Positions 1-10,761 of a stretch of DNA of 64,000 nt are shown here, in pieces. The stretch covers positions 32,001 to 96,000 of the IMG/VR virus record IMGVR_UViG_3300011242_000003; one strand, 5' to 3'. The stretch's first letter is position 1, and each line of letters opens with the position of its first letter. The DNA comes from a virus (taxonomy: Duplodnaviria > Caudoviricetes). A model generated the notes under the pieces. It was not told the origin of the DNA. It worked only from the letters and a program-made list of their open reading frames with translations, and did not search any database. A program made the translations under genes and the position numbers.

Positions 1-1
1 C

Positions 2-604
2 ATAAACAACGATAAGGGTAGAAATTACGAGGATATAAACTTAAGAGCTATTAGAGATATAGATTTAGAATATGGTATGCTTGGACATAGTTTGATAGGT
101 TCTATTGATGCTAATAACTTAGAAAACGTAGTTACATCTAATGGGTATGGAGTTATTTTAAATTTGCCTGATGGATATAATAGTATTGACGATGCTATAT
201 CTCATGCTGAAGAAAATAGTGTTTTTGCAATACCAAACAATCTTGATTGTACTTATGGTGCTATTAATTTCAAAGAAAATGGATATGATGTTGATGATGT
301 AACAGAGTTAATAACTTCTGATGAAACCATATATAAAACTTATAACAAAGATAAATATAATCTAATAGCATTGGGTGGATGCGAAATGCCATATAATGAA
401 ATAGAGGATATAGAGGCTGAATTAAAAGAAAGAGAATTAAGAAAACCTAGAAATAGAAGAAATACAACATTCAATTTTAAATCAAGAAATCATAATCAGA
501 AAAATAATGATAACAAAGAGCCCAAAGAAGAAGTTAACACTTCATTTATTGATGATGATGATATTGATGCGTTATTTAATCCTGATAATTTTAGATTTAA
601 ATAG
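2..604 (+). CDS. Tubulin/FtsZ-like (TubZ/PhuZ-type) protein, 5'-truncated by window edge
   Basis: Frame is open from base 2 (INNDKGRNYEDIN..., like the tubulin-family IDNxK...IN segment); GSIDANNL resembles the T7 loop; charged C-terminal tail. Confidence 0.6.
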   Translation: MNNDKGRNYEDINLRAIRDIDLEYGMLGHSLIGSIDANNLENVVTSNGYGVILNLPDGYNSIDDAISHAEENSVFAIPNNLDCTYGAINFKENGYDVDDVTELITSDETIYKTYNKDKYNLIALGGCEMPYNEIEDIEAELKERELRKPRNRRNTTFNFKSRNHNQKNNDNKEPKEEVNTSFIDDDDIDALFNPDNFRFK

Positions 605-607
605 CTT

Positions 608-636
608 TAAGGGTAGTTAATGCTACCCTTATTTTT
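608..636. terminator. Intrinsic terminator between convergent genes
   Basis: TAAGGGTAG-ttaatg-CTACCCTTA followed by T-tract. Confidence 0.75.
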
Positions 637-649
637 ATATATTTATATC

Positions 650-1207
650 TCACATATCATATCCTAAATATCCCAACACTTTATCCTTATCAACTCCTAA
701 ACACATTCCAAGTATATCATCCATGTACCAATGTGATATATCTATATCTCTCTCATTTGCCCTCTGTAGCACTTTAAGAGCATCCTTAGTGTAATTGGAT
801 GTAGTGATGAATAAAGCTTGTTTAACCCCACTTGACAAACATGCTCCTAGCAATTTATTAATTTGTTCAGAAGATATATTATTTCCCTTAGAATACCTTT
901 TACATTCTACATAACACAATCCTTCACTAGTCCTTAATATAATATCTTTTCCAAAATCTCTAGTTGCAGGTGTCTTTGTTGCTTTAAACCCGTTAAATCT
1001 AAAAATATTAACCATAAATTCCTCAAATTCTTGTCCACTCATATTATATATAGCATATTCTACTATTGACTTATATTTATCATCATCTATTTTCTTTCTT
1101 TCTTTTTCAGGATATTCTTTTCTATATCTTATTCCATCAAAAATCATATAAATACTAGTAAAAACTAATATTCCTATTGCAATAGCAAATAGAATATTTA
1201 TATCCAT
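650..1207 (-). CDS. Membrane-anchored Mrr-like (Mrr_cat) restriction endonuclease domain protein
   Basis: N-terminal TM helix; MSGQEFEE, DFGKDII, VECKRY and FITTS motifs; AGGAGGTG RBS before ATG at 1207. Confidence 0.85.
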   Translation of the reverse strand: MDINILFAIAIGILVFTSIYMIFDGIRYRKEYPEKERKKIDDDKYKSIVEYAIYNMSGQEFEEFMVNIFRFNGFKATKTPATRDFGKDIILRTSEGLCYVECKRYSKGNNISSEQINKLLGACLSSGVKQALFITTSNYTKDALKVLQRANERDIDISHWYMDDILGMCLGVDKDKVLGYLGYDM

Positions 1208-1368
1208 ATTGTATGCACCTCCTGTAAACCCAATAATACAAATTGATATACTATAATTTAGTATTAACAATAAAATTATTTTTATTCTTTTGAAATTTTA
1301 GTCACAAATATGTACATATCACATATACATATAGTATAAAGATTAACAAAAGAAAGGACGATGCACAA

Positions 1369-1905
1369 ATGATATGGGCGATTTTAGTTCCAATAGTAGT
1401 ATGTATTCTAATATCTTATTTTACCACATCAATACTCTATAAAATAGTATTTCTTGGGTTAGGTATATTTATAGCTATTACAGTAGGTTTAACTTATATA
1501 AATAATTTACTTAAAGATAGTATAAATAAATCCAAAGAAATAAATAGTAATGAAGGAGGGAATAATAGTAACAAAAAGAACATCAAGAATAATATCAAGA
1601 AAGTCCAACAATTTAAACCAAAGGTAATTAAAAATAAAGATTATGACAACTTAGTTAATACATTAAAATTTTGTATGAAAAATAAGATATTGAATAGGGA
1701 ACAAATATTGAATTTTAAATCAGAAGTAAACAATCACTTAGGCAAAAACAAAAATCACTACACTTTTAAATTTGATAATGATTTACATGAGATTTACTGC
1801 AAAATAAAGCATAAATCATTAAAGAGTAAAGATTATCAAGAATTATTACAAGTTTTAAATACTTACAATAACAAAGGAGAAACACCATATGATAAATGTA
1901 GATGA
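1369..1905 (+). CDS. Hypothetical membrane protein (2 N-terminal TM helices)
   Basis: ORF with AAGGA RBS; hydrophobic N-terminus. Confidence 0.75.
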   Translation: MIWAILVPIVVCILISYFTTSILYKIVFLGLGIFIAITVGLTYINNLLKDSINKSKEINSNEGGNNSNKKNIKNNIKKVQQFKPKVIKNKDYDNLVNTLKFCMKNKILNREQILNFKSEVNNHLGKNKNHYTFKFDNDLHEIYCKIKHKSLKSKDYQELLQVLNTYNNKGETPYDKCR

Positions 1906-2266
1906 TTACCAAAAATCATTATGCTCAGAAATATTTAATTCAAAGTTTATTCAAAAATATATATCTAAGTACTGCAAAAATTGCGTATATGGGTACTTGG
2001 GTCATGAAAGTAGAACACACGAAACTGATTTAATTTTGAATAATATATATTATTCATTGATATTAGATTCAAAACAATTTAAATTTAAAAAACGTCATTT
2101 TATAAAATGGATATGTTCAAAATATGCTCGAAAGTTTATGAATATATGCGACTATTGCGAGGATTTTGAATGTAGTATTATAAGTGAAATTAATCTATTT
2201 GCCCATTATGAGAACAAAATAAAAATTAATTTAACTAAACTAAGGAGGAATTCAAAATGGAATTAA
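1889..2266 (+). CDS. Hypothetical protein
   Basis: AAGGAG RBS; overlaps upstream stop. Confidence 0.7.
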   Translation: MINVDDYQKSLCSEIFNSKFIQKYISKYCKNCVYGYLGHESRTHETDLILNNIYYSLILDSKQFKFKKRHFIKWICSKYARKFMNICDYCEDFECSIISEINLFAHYENKIKINLTKLRRNSKWN

Positions 2267-2469
2267 CAACAGGAAGTATATTAACAAACAGAAAGGTGCT
2301 AATCAATCATAAGGAATTTAGAAAAACCTTCATGAATAGATTAGCACATTCTCAAGAGTGTATAATTGAAACTATGGATACTCTAAGAGAAACTGTTGCA
2401 AGGTTAGTTTGTAATGCTTTATACTACATATTATTTTTTATGATAGTGTTAATGGCATATGGATATTAA
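2257..2469 (+). CDS. Small hypothetical membrane protein
   Basis: AGGAGG RBS; C-terminal hydrophobic helix. Confidence 0.7.
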   Translation: MELTTGSILTNRKVLINHKEFRKTFMNRLAHSQECIIETMDTLRETVARLVCNALYYILFFMIVLMAYGY

Positions 2470-2755
2470 CTTTGTATAATAGTTGATAAACAGAAGATTA
2501 AATATAAAGTATAAAGTACCTCCAACATAAGCGAAATTTTCTTTATATCAATTTAAAGGCGAAATGTCCATTGGACTTTACCTAGTAGCCCGTAGTGGTT
2601 GCATTTTGGTACGCCTGAATAGGAGATAACTCATTTTTATAAATTAAACCACCATATTTAATTTTTGAGTCTTATCTCCATCCCTCTACATATATCTTAA
2701 CCAAGTAATATTTAAATTATACAGTTGAGATAATTATTTTTATGGAGGATTTTTA

Positions 2756-4126
2756 ATGATAACAGAATTTTTATTGGCAGGAGCATTACAATTTGGATAT
2801 GTAAAAATAAACAAGATGATAAAGGAATTAAAATATAAAGAAGATTATAAGGCGTTTAATAGCTTATGTACAAAATATGATTTACCATACAAAATCATAG
2901 AAGCATCCCAAGAAGATTATGGAACAAAATTAGTTGTAAGCCTAAAAGGTGGTACTTTTACAAGCTTAGAAAAACATAGTGATGAATTACAAATAAATAC
3001 AGAATCTAAGATTGAGATTATACAAAATGAAAATATAAAAACTGCAACCATTTATATTCTTAAAAATAAACTCAATGATATAGATAATAAGTTTGAACCT
3101 GTGCTAGTTAAACCTAGTGAGGTTTATATAGGATTAGATAATAAATTTAATCACATGATAATTGATTTAAATGATTTTCCTCATTTGATTTGTAGTGGTT
3201 CAACAGGAGTAGGAAAGTCTGAAGAATTAAAACTTATATTGGCAAACTCTATAAAATCTAACAAAGACAATAATTTAAATATACACATATGCAATGTTGG
3301 ACACACTGGCGACTTTGATGATTTTATAAATTGTAAACAAGTTAAAAGTTTTTCACAAGAATATAAAGAAATACAGAAACAATTTGAATATATAATACAC
3401 ACTTATGATAATAGAATAGAAACTTTTAGAAGATATGGTGTGAAGAATATAAAACAATTTAATAAAAAATTTAAAAATAGTCCAAAGAAAATGCCAATAG
3501 TATTTTTAGTAATTGATGAAATAGCATCTTTATATCCAAACGGAGAATTTGACAAAGAGGTAGCTATAAAATCCGAATTATTCAATAATTTATGTGATAT
3601 GGGAAGACGTGTCCGTAAGGCAGGAATTTTCCTATTAGTTGGAATACAAAGACCGAGCAGACAAGTATTTAACCCTGAACTTAAACAAAATCTTAATATT
3701 AAATTAGGATTTAATCAAAATAACACAGCATCAAGTTTGGTTGCCATGGATAATGAAAAAGTTGCTAAAATAGGAAGACGTAATTTCTTAGTTGAATATG
3801 GATGTGAAGAACATTGGGCAAGAAGTTTATATATTGATGACAATATAATAAAAGAAACTATAAAAGATAGTGTAGTTAAGAATAGACAAACTTTAGATGA
3901 TTTCAATAGTTTCTTAAAAAATGAGAAATCTGAAAAACCAAAGAATAATAAATCAAAAAATAAAGCAATTCCAAGCAAGAAAACCAAAATAATAAATCTA
4001 TCAGATGAGGTTGCAACAAGTAAAATTAGTAAAGTTAAAAATGTAGAAACTATCAACAATGTTACTTATGAAGTTGATAATGGTAAAATATGTTTAAGAA
4101 TTAAAGAAAAAGTAAAGGAGGCTTAA
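2756..4126 (+). CDS. FtsK/SpoIIIE-domain ATPase
   Basis: PHLICSGSTGVGKS Walker A, LVIDEI Walker B, RKAGI and QRP motifs. Confidence 0.9.
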   Translation: MITEFLLAGALQFGYVKINKMIKELKYKEDYKAFNSLCTKYDLPYKIIEASQEDYGTKLVVSLKGGTFTSLEKHSDELQINTESKIEIIQNENIKTATIYILKNKLNDIDNKFEPVLVKPSEVYIGLDNKFNHMIIDLNDFPHLICSGSTGVGKSEELKLILANSIKSNKDNNLNIHICNVGHTGDFDDFINCKQVKSFSQEYKEIQKQFEYIIHTYDNRIETFRRYGVKNIKQFNKKFKNSPKKMPIVFLVIDEIASLYPNGEFDKEVAIKSELFNNLCDMGRRVRKAGIFLLVGIQRPSRQVFNPELKQNLNIKLGFNQNNTASSLVAMDNEKVAKIGRRNFLVEYGCEEHWARSLYIDDNIIKETIKDSVVKNRQTLDDFNSFLKNEKSEKPKNNKSKNKAIPSKKTKIINLSDEVATSKISKVKNVETINNVTYEVDNGKICLRIKEKVKEA

Positions 4127-4130
4127 TATT

Positions 4131-4313
4131 ATGTTTAATTTAGATTTAGCTATATTATCTGCTATAAATAATACGATAACTTATTGGTCTAGTATGTCAG
4201 GAATATTTAGTTTTATAAAATCTATAGCAATCATATCAATTGCCTCTGAAGGACTTCATCAAATGATAAAAATTAAGCGTGGTGATAAAAATGTATCTAA
4301 TGCAAAGAGATAA
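4131..4313 (+). CDS. Small hydrophobic hypothetical protein
   Basis: AAGGAGG RBS; coupled to flanking genes. Confidence 0.6.
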   Translation: MFNLDLAILSAINNTITYWSSMSGIFSFIKSIAIISIASEGLHQMIKIKRGDKNVSNAKR

Positions 4314-4896
4314 AGATATATTAAAATTTATAGAAAAGTATGGCAGTATAAACAAAATTATATGTGGTAATTTATATTTCAGTAAAAATAAAGATAGATA
4401 TTATTCAGCAAGTAGAAGATTAAAAATACTTTATAGAAATAAATTTCTCAAGAAGTATAAAAAAGATATGTATGAAGATATAATATATTATAGAGATAAG
4501 AAACCTTTAAAAGCTCATGATATTAAATTATTAGAAGTATACAGTTATCTTCATACATTGGGTAATATAAAACTATTTGAAAGAGAAAATGTAGTACAGT
4601 GTGGCAATAAGAAACGTAAAAACGATGGTTTAATTGAAATAGCAATACGAAAGGGGAGATATGAGTATACTTACCCTTTAATAATTGAAATTGATATGAC
4701 ACATGATACTAATTTTGATAAAATAAATGATATTTATAATAGCGGTCAATATCAAGATAAATATGATATTATGCCTATGATGTTAATTGTAAAAAGAGAT
4801 GATTTTCAAAAAAAGATATATCATGATAATGTTAATATAAAATACCTGCCTTGGAAGTTAAATGGGATAGAAGATATATTTATTGATGACGAATAA
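4291..4896 (+). CDS. Replication-relaxation (Replic_Relax) family protein
   Basis: QRDKDIL wHTH start, SRRLKIL, HD, DG and IEID (PD-(D/E)xK-like); typical partner of phage FtsK genes. Confidence 0.75.
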   Translation: MYLMQRDKDILKFIEKYGSINKIICGNLYFSKNKDRYYSASRRLKILYRNKFLKKYKKDMYEDIIYYRDKKPLKAHDIKLLEVYSYLHTLGNIKLFERENVVQCGNKKRKNDGLIEIAIRKGRYEYTYPLIIEIDMTHDTNFDKINDIYNSGQYQDKYDIMPMMLIVKRDDFQKKIYHDNVNIKYLPWKLNGIEDIFIDDE

Positions 4897-4917
4897 TGAA
4901 AACTTAATATTATCCTA

Positions 4918-4956
4918 ATAGAGTAAGTTGTTTATAGCAATTTACTCTATTTTTTT
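4918..4956 (+). terminator. Intrinsic terminator
   Basis: ATAGAGTAAGTTG/CAATTTACTCTAT stem plus T-tract. Confidence 0.75.
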
Positions 4957-5160
4957 ATATTTTAAATTTGTACATCTCATTTGTACAAACATTATTGTAC
5001 AAATTAAGGCTTGAACATATTGAGGATAGGTCATTAATTTAAAGCGATTAGTAATGGAAAGGTGGGCGAGAGTGGGAGCAATAGAATAATTAGTTGAAAA
5101 TCACTTAGGCAAAAACAGCCTGTACAATGTTTATTGTTTATCAATATGTTCAACTTCAAC

Positions 5161-5325
5161 GTCAAATGTAAGAAAACCATACCTAGAATTATTAAAAATC
5201 AAAACTGTAGGTATGAAAACCTTACATTTGACATTTACCTAGTGATACAAAACCATACCTAAAATGGTGCTAAACAATAAAGAATAATATAACAATAAAG
5301 AATCTATTAATAATAAAGAATCTTT
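5161..5325. repeat. Inverted and direct repeat cluster, candidate replication origin
   Basis: GTCAAATGTAAG (5161) / CTTACATTTGAC (5221) inverted repeat; AAAACCATACCTA twice; AAYAATAAAGAAT three times; next to the Rep-like gene. Confidence 0.5.
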
Positions 5326-5350
5326 CTATGCCTATAAATAGTCATAGAAT

Positions 5351-6211
5351 TTATAGCTTATCATACTCTTGTTTTAGTTGTCTTAGTTCCTCTCTTTCTT
5401 TATCAGTTATTTTATTTTCTTCTTCTTTCTTTTTTAATATATTTATTTTCTGCTTTAGTGATATTTTCTTTTTTACCTTATCTCTTGCTATAGGAGTTGA
5501 TTCTGTTATATTTTTCTCTTTTCTAATTTTTATCAATCTTCCTTCTAGTAGTTTTCTATCTTTGTATCTTGAAAAATATGTTGTTTCATTTTTTACTTTA
5601 TTGTCATTATATCCATATCCTGCATAGTCATGTTTTATTATTTCTATTTCATCTAACACTTTTAAGTATTTTAGGATTGTTGTTTCTGATAGCTGTAATT
5701 CTCTTGTCAATGTCTTTATTGCCATATAGCATAATTTATAATTTTCATCTTTTTCATTATTGTTAATACTTGCCATTATATATGCATATAGATTTATCAT
5801 TCCATATGTATCTACTTTATTATTGTTACAATATGTCATAATGGCTCTAATATCATCATCATAGACTATTGCGTACTCTGTAGGTACTAAATCATCTGTA
5901 GTATATATCAAATCATTTCTGCCTATATCTGTGGCTTGTACTCTATTAGAATCTTCTTCAACAGTATCATTATAATATTTTAATATATTATCTTGTTCAA
6001 GGTATATTAAAATATCTTTTATATTATTTATCTTTCTTGTGGAATTATTTGTTTGTCCTAATTTATTAGCTATCCATTGCAGAGTAAATATACATTGGTT
6101 CTTAACTGTTTTGTTCTGTGATAGCAATATCCATATTGTTAATTCCTTAGAAGTTAATTGTAAATCTCCTTTTATATATTCATTATTTATTATAGTAAAT
6201 TGTTGCTCCAT
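5351..6211 (-). CDS. Winged-HTH DNA-binding protein, putative replication initiator
   Basis: Two Rep-like wHTH segments (LTSKELTIWILL...; CYMAIKTLTRELQLSETTILKYLKVL). Confidence 0.55.
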   Translation of the reverse strand: MEQQFTIINNEYIKGDLQLTSKELTIWILLSQNKTVKNQCIFTLQWIANKLGQTNNSTRKINNIKDILIYLEQDNILKYYNDTVEEDSNRVQATDIGRNDLIYTTDDLVPTEYAIVYDDDIRAIMTYCNNNKVDTYGMINLYAYIMASINNNEKDENYKLCYMAIKTLTRELQLSETTILKYLKVLDEIEIIKHDYAGYGYNDNKVKNETTYFSRYKDRKLLEGRLIKIRKEKNITESTPIARDKVKKKISLKQKINILKKKEEENKITDKEREELRQLKQEYDKL

Positions 6212-6512
6212 GAATTTATTCCTTTCTGAATTGTTATATTTTAATTATATTTTTAATATTTTATTTTACTTAATTTAAGTTTATATGTTTTGTGAATATT
6301 TGTCAATGGATATTTAAATTTTATTTGCTATTGGTTTGTTTTAGATTATTTTGGAGTGTGAGTATAATATATAATGTTATATGGCTCAAATATCAATTCT
6401 AAGAGGTTTTATGAATTTGCAATACAATTTATCCTTGTGTAGATTTAAATTAGTTATGGATTGAATTAGAGTAGTTTTATATAGGGTATATGGTTATATA
6501 TAATAATAAATA

Positions 6513-6548
6513 AAAAAGAGTAGAACATTAAATTAATTCTACTCTTTT
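6513..6548 (-). terminator. Intrinsic terminator (probably bidirectional)
   Basis: AAAAGAGTAGAA...TTCTACTCTTTT hairpin flanked by A/T tracts. Confidence 0.7.
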
Positions 6549-6747
6549 AATATGTTTAAATTTTATATTATTAACACCATTTATTGTACCATGCTGAGTT
6601 AAATTTACGTGCTTTTTCAAATTGATATTGCCTAATATCATAATCTTTATTCTGCTTTCTTTTTTGTAACATTTTATATGTGTATTCTGCTTTTTGTTTA
6701 TTGGTAAGTATTTGAGGTTTATATGTATTTACATCATCAGATGACTT

Positions 6748-7254
6748 TCAATTATTATGTTTTAAATCTGCTCTTTTTCTTAATTTTTCATGATTAGGAT
6801 ACCATGAATCTATGCCTTTCATTGCTACGTCATAATTTCTTTTTCTAGTTGTTGATATTTTTGCACCCATACCATATCCATTTTTAAGAAATTTATATAA
6901 ATCTAATATGTATACTCTAAAATACTTATTTACAGACTCCTCATCGTAGTCTAATATATGAGATACTCTATTTTTACAAGCCTGATTGAGTTGTTGTCTT
7001 TGTTCGTCTGTAATTTCTTCATTAAGTTCTAAATTGTCAAGTCTTCCAGAAATACTTGATACAGTGCCGTCTAGTCCACTGAGTTGTTTAGCTAGTCCAC
7101 CTATTAAACTACCTTGTTGATTTATTTTAGCCATCATAACCTCTATGTTTTGGGCGTTGCTATTAGCAATTTGAATAGCATTATTAGAAAGTTGAATACC
7201 GCTCCCTATAACTTGTTGTATTTGTTCCATTGTCATTATTTGTTGATTTTCCAT
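6748..7254 (-). CDS. ORF6C-like phage regulatory/antirepressor-domain protein
   Basis: Coiled coil, then ITDEQRQQL...RV...Y...KRNYDVAMKGIDSWYP pattern. Confidence 0.55.
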   Translation of the reverse strand: MENQQIMTMEQIQQVIGSGIQLSNNAIQIANSNAQNIEVMMAKINQQGSLIGGLAKQLSGLDGTVSSISGRLDNLELNEEITDEQRQQLNQACKNRVSHILDYDEESVNKYFRVYILDLYKFLKNGYGMGAKISTTRKRNYDVAMKGIDSWYPNHEKLRKRADLKHNN

Positions 7255-7287
7255 TTTTATTCTCTCCTTTAATTTTAATATTTTATT

Positions 7288-8439
7288 TTATATATATTTT
7301 TTCATATTCATTTTTACGGCTGTTGCCCAATCTTCAATCAATTGTACTGCTTTTATATATGAATCTTTTTCATATTTTGGTAATTCATTTATATGCTCTG
7401 ACAACCAAGCCAATCCTGCTACGCTTTCAAAAAAAGTTTCTACTTTTGCACAAAACATTAAAGCGTTATCTTGTAATTTTTTTGCATATTTTTCTGTTTC
7501 TGATGTGTTTTTAATAGATTTAAGTTCTTCTTCAAGTGATTGTAATTTATTTAGTTTAATGTCATAATCTCTTTTTAAATTGTTGTAATATGTATCTTTG
7601 TTTTTGATTTCATTTTTTAAATTATTATAATCATTAGGTATAATTTCTTTTTCAACTTCTATAATAGGTCTATTTTCAAGTTCTCTTTTAAGATTATTTA
7701 TTTCATCTTGTAGTTTAGTTTGTTTGCTAATTTCATTTACTAATTTAATATTTTTATCTTCTAATTGTTTCTTCTCATTAATCAACTCTTCTGTAGCCTT
7801 TTGTGTAAGGGTTTTAATCTTATCACGACCTATTTCATTAAAGAACTTTTCTTGTTCTTCTTGTGGCATTTTAGCCCATATTTTATATCCCACAGTTGCT
7901 TTCATAGAGCCTGATTCAATTAGTGATTGAAGTTCAGGGATAAGGTCATTAAGTTTTTTGTAGTTTAAATATGTACTTCTATCCATTTCCATATCACTCG
8001 CTATAGTTGTTTGAGTTTTTCCAATTGTAGAATTATTCAACAATTGGGGATTTCCTCTCTGAATTCCATAAATTCTCTCCAATTCATTTATACATTTTGC
8101 CATTTTCATAGGATTTACATTGCCAACACCTCTTTGCATAATGTTTGTACATATTAAGTCTTCTAGTATCATGTCATCTTTTGGTGTACCTGTGTTGTCA
8201 TCAAAATCTTTATAGTGTGTTACTCTACAAGGTACTTCTAATATACCAAGTTCTTTACAAGCTCTAACTCTTTGATGTCCACTTACTATTATTAAATCTT
8301 GTGTAACAACTACACCTTCCACTACTCCTCTCCTTATTATTGATTTTTTAAAATCTTCCCATTTATCTCCAACTATATTGTCAAAGAACTCATTATTTCT
8401 TGGATGATTTTTTAATGTTGAAATTTCAATCATTTGCAT
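7288..8439 (-). CDS. ParB-like N-terminal domain protein with HTH and coiled coil
   Basis: LKNHPRN, IVSGHQRVRA ParB motif, NIMQR, TQTTIA..M.M.RST HTH. Confidence 0.85.
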   Translation of the reverse strand: MQMIEISTLKNHPRNNEFFDNIVGDKWEDFKKSIIRRGVVEGVVVTQDLIIVSGHQRVRACKELGILEVPCRVTHYKDFDDNTGTPKDDMILEDLICTNIMQRGVGNVNPMKMAKCINELERIYGIQRGNPQLLNNSTIGKTQTTIASDMEMDRSTYLNYKKLNDLIPELQSLIESGSMKATVGYKIWAKMPQEEQEKFFNEIGRDKIKTLTQKATEELINEKKQLEDKNIKLVNEISKQTKLQDEINNLKRELENRPIIEVEKEIIPNDYNNLKNEIKNKDTYYNNLKRDYDIKLNKLQSLEEELKSIKNTSETEKYAKKLQDNALMFCAKVETFFESVAGLAWLSEHINELPKYEKDSYIKAVQLIEDWATAVKMNMKKYI

Positions 8440-10760
8440 TTTCTAAATTCCTTCTTTCTTTTTATTTATTTAATATTTTGTTTTACTAACTCTATATACT
8501 AATAATAACTTGTGCAAAATTAAATGTCAATAGTTATTTTAATATTTAATATTTTATTTTGCTTAAACTTAGATTACATTAATTATAATGTTATGTCAAT
8601 ATATTTTTAGAATTATTTTAAATTTTTATTCTACCATTTATATAGGGTATGGTTATATTAGGTACTTAATTATTTTATATTGTAAAATATACCCCCCGTA
8701 TATGGGTTATTTATTTTTTATGTTGTTTTAATAATATGTGGTATGTAATGGTAAATTATAGTAATTTATTATTAAAAGTTATAAATATTATAAAATTCAA
8801 TTTAGAGTCATACGATGGTCAGTAGTCGGTGACTCTATTTTTATTTGTATTATTAGGATGGTTTTACATGGTGTAAAGCTAGTGTTTTCAATAGGTTGAG
8901 TGTGTTTTGAATAGTGGTATTTTAGTGTTTACTGATTTCGAGTGATTGATGTTGTAATAGTATCATCGGGTAAAGTGTAGTAATATCAATGGTTTGAGAG
9001 GATTTAGAAGTTGTTTTTAAGGAATTTAAGGGTATTTTGAGATATTTGAAATTGTTAGGAATGGCATGAATAGGGGATTTATACGAAGTGATTTACGAAT
9101 GAAAATAGGGTAAAATAGAGGTGTTTTGTGAATTTTAGGAGTTTTTGTGGGAGATTTTTGAAAATTTTATGGTGTGTAATTTTTTATAAATTTGAATTAA
9201 TGTTTGTGTTTTTATGGTAAATATTGGGTTATTTAATGGAAATTTTTAACGTTCGTGGTTTGATTGGGAATTATGCATGATATAAAGTGTTAGCGAACAT
9301 TCATTCCCACAAACATCCGTTCAATATGTAAACTAACCCCCGTACCCTAGTGATAGAGCCATTCTCTTAACTCTGTATAATACTATATTATACGTACTTA
9401 AGCAGTAAATATCTACCATTTATACAAACTTTGTAACATATGTTACCATTATATCAGTTCTGCTCTCAGAATATACACATAATCAATAACTATTATTACT
9501 TAAAAATATGTATCATGAATGGCTACAAATGGCTTGAATACGTACATTGCGAGGGGTTGGAGGTCTGAAAGTTCGGATTTAAGGATGGAAGTTTATGGTA
9601 ACACTTAACTACTATGTATAACAAGGTATATCATTATATGATATAGTTAATGTAATACTGTTACTCTTAACTACTACGATAGATGGAGTAATTAACTACA
9701 TAGAGTAATACAACTTACTACTATACATAGTATTAAATACTACATGATACACTATAATACACCACTTAACTATATCACATTATTACGATATAAAAAAATA
9801 TATGTAATACACTAAACCATATAACATAATACCAATTAATACATTACGTAGTTATCAATACTACATACACGCTATAACATAATACATCTGTTTAGTATGC
9901 ATATACTATACCTAAAGTTTACACATACTAAACAATAATAAGTATACTATTACTAAACTATTAGTTTATATATATTAAACATACTAACAACTATATACAC
10001 TTACTTACTATATCATATACAACACTATCTAATAACTATTACTAACTATTACTATCATTAATCAATACAACATATAACAACTACATAACATTATACATTA
10101 ATAGATATCAACTATCAATAAACAAACAATAACATATCCATATCAAACACATCCAACTAACAATAATAAACAAACACAAACAATATTATCTGCTCTCAGC
10201 CATCCAAACAAACTCCACAGATATTACAACAGTACGATTACCTATCCATCCAATAATCCAATTGAGAACATACTCATACAAACGATGTATACAACCTAGT
10301 AATACACTCATTCTCATAACATTATCAATTACAATTACTCTCAACTAATAATTCTAAATGAGAATAGCACTAAAAACACTATAAAAAGTACAATATTTAA
10401 TATATTATTCATTATAATGACTACACTTATCACTACTCAATCATCTAATATTAATACACGAACTATATTACAATATGACTTACTAATGTACGTATAATAA
10501 TATTATTCCTATTATTAATAAATCAAATACTATCTATTAGGAATTATAATAAACAAAATATTAAATTAGTGGAATATATTATAATAATATGATACAATAA
10601 TGTATATGGGTATTTTTATATTCTAACACACAATTATAGGAGGTGGAAACATTGCAGTAAATTAATACTAAGCAGAGTAATATATTAAATAATATGGGGA
10701 ATTGAGTTCCTTATATATAATATATTATAGTTGGAAGTGATTTCCCCATATTAAAAAGGA
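8440..10760. other. 2.3-kb non-coding divergence region with G/T-to-A/C strand skew switch (candidate genome end, packaging or origin region)
   Basis: No ORF of 60 aa or more; G/T-rich about 8740-9295, A/C-rich about 9300-10500; flanking genes diverge from it. Confidence 0.55.
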
Positions 10761-10761
10761 G

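Noticed and set aside
6730-6750. CTGATGA on the minus strand as a second hammerhead
   Set aside because: No supporting stems or correctly placed GAAA/NUH
9300-10500. Possible CRISPR array or tandem repeat in the A/C-rich stretch
   Set aside because: No regularly spaced conserved repeat; only compositional bias
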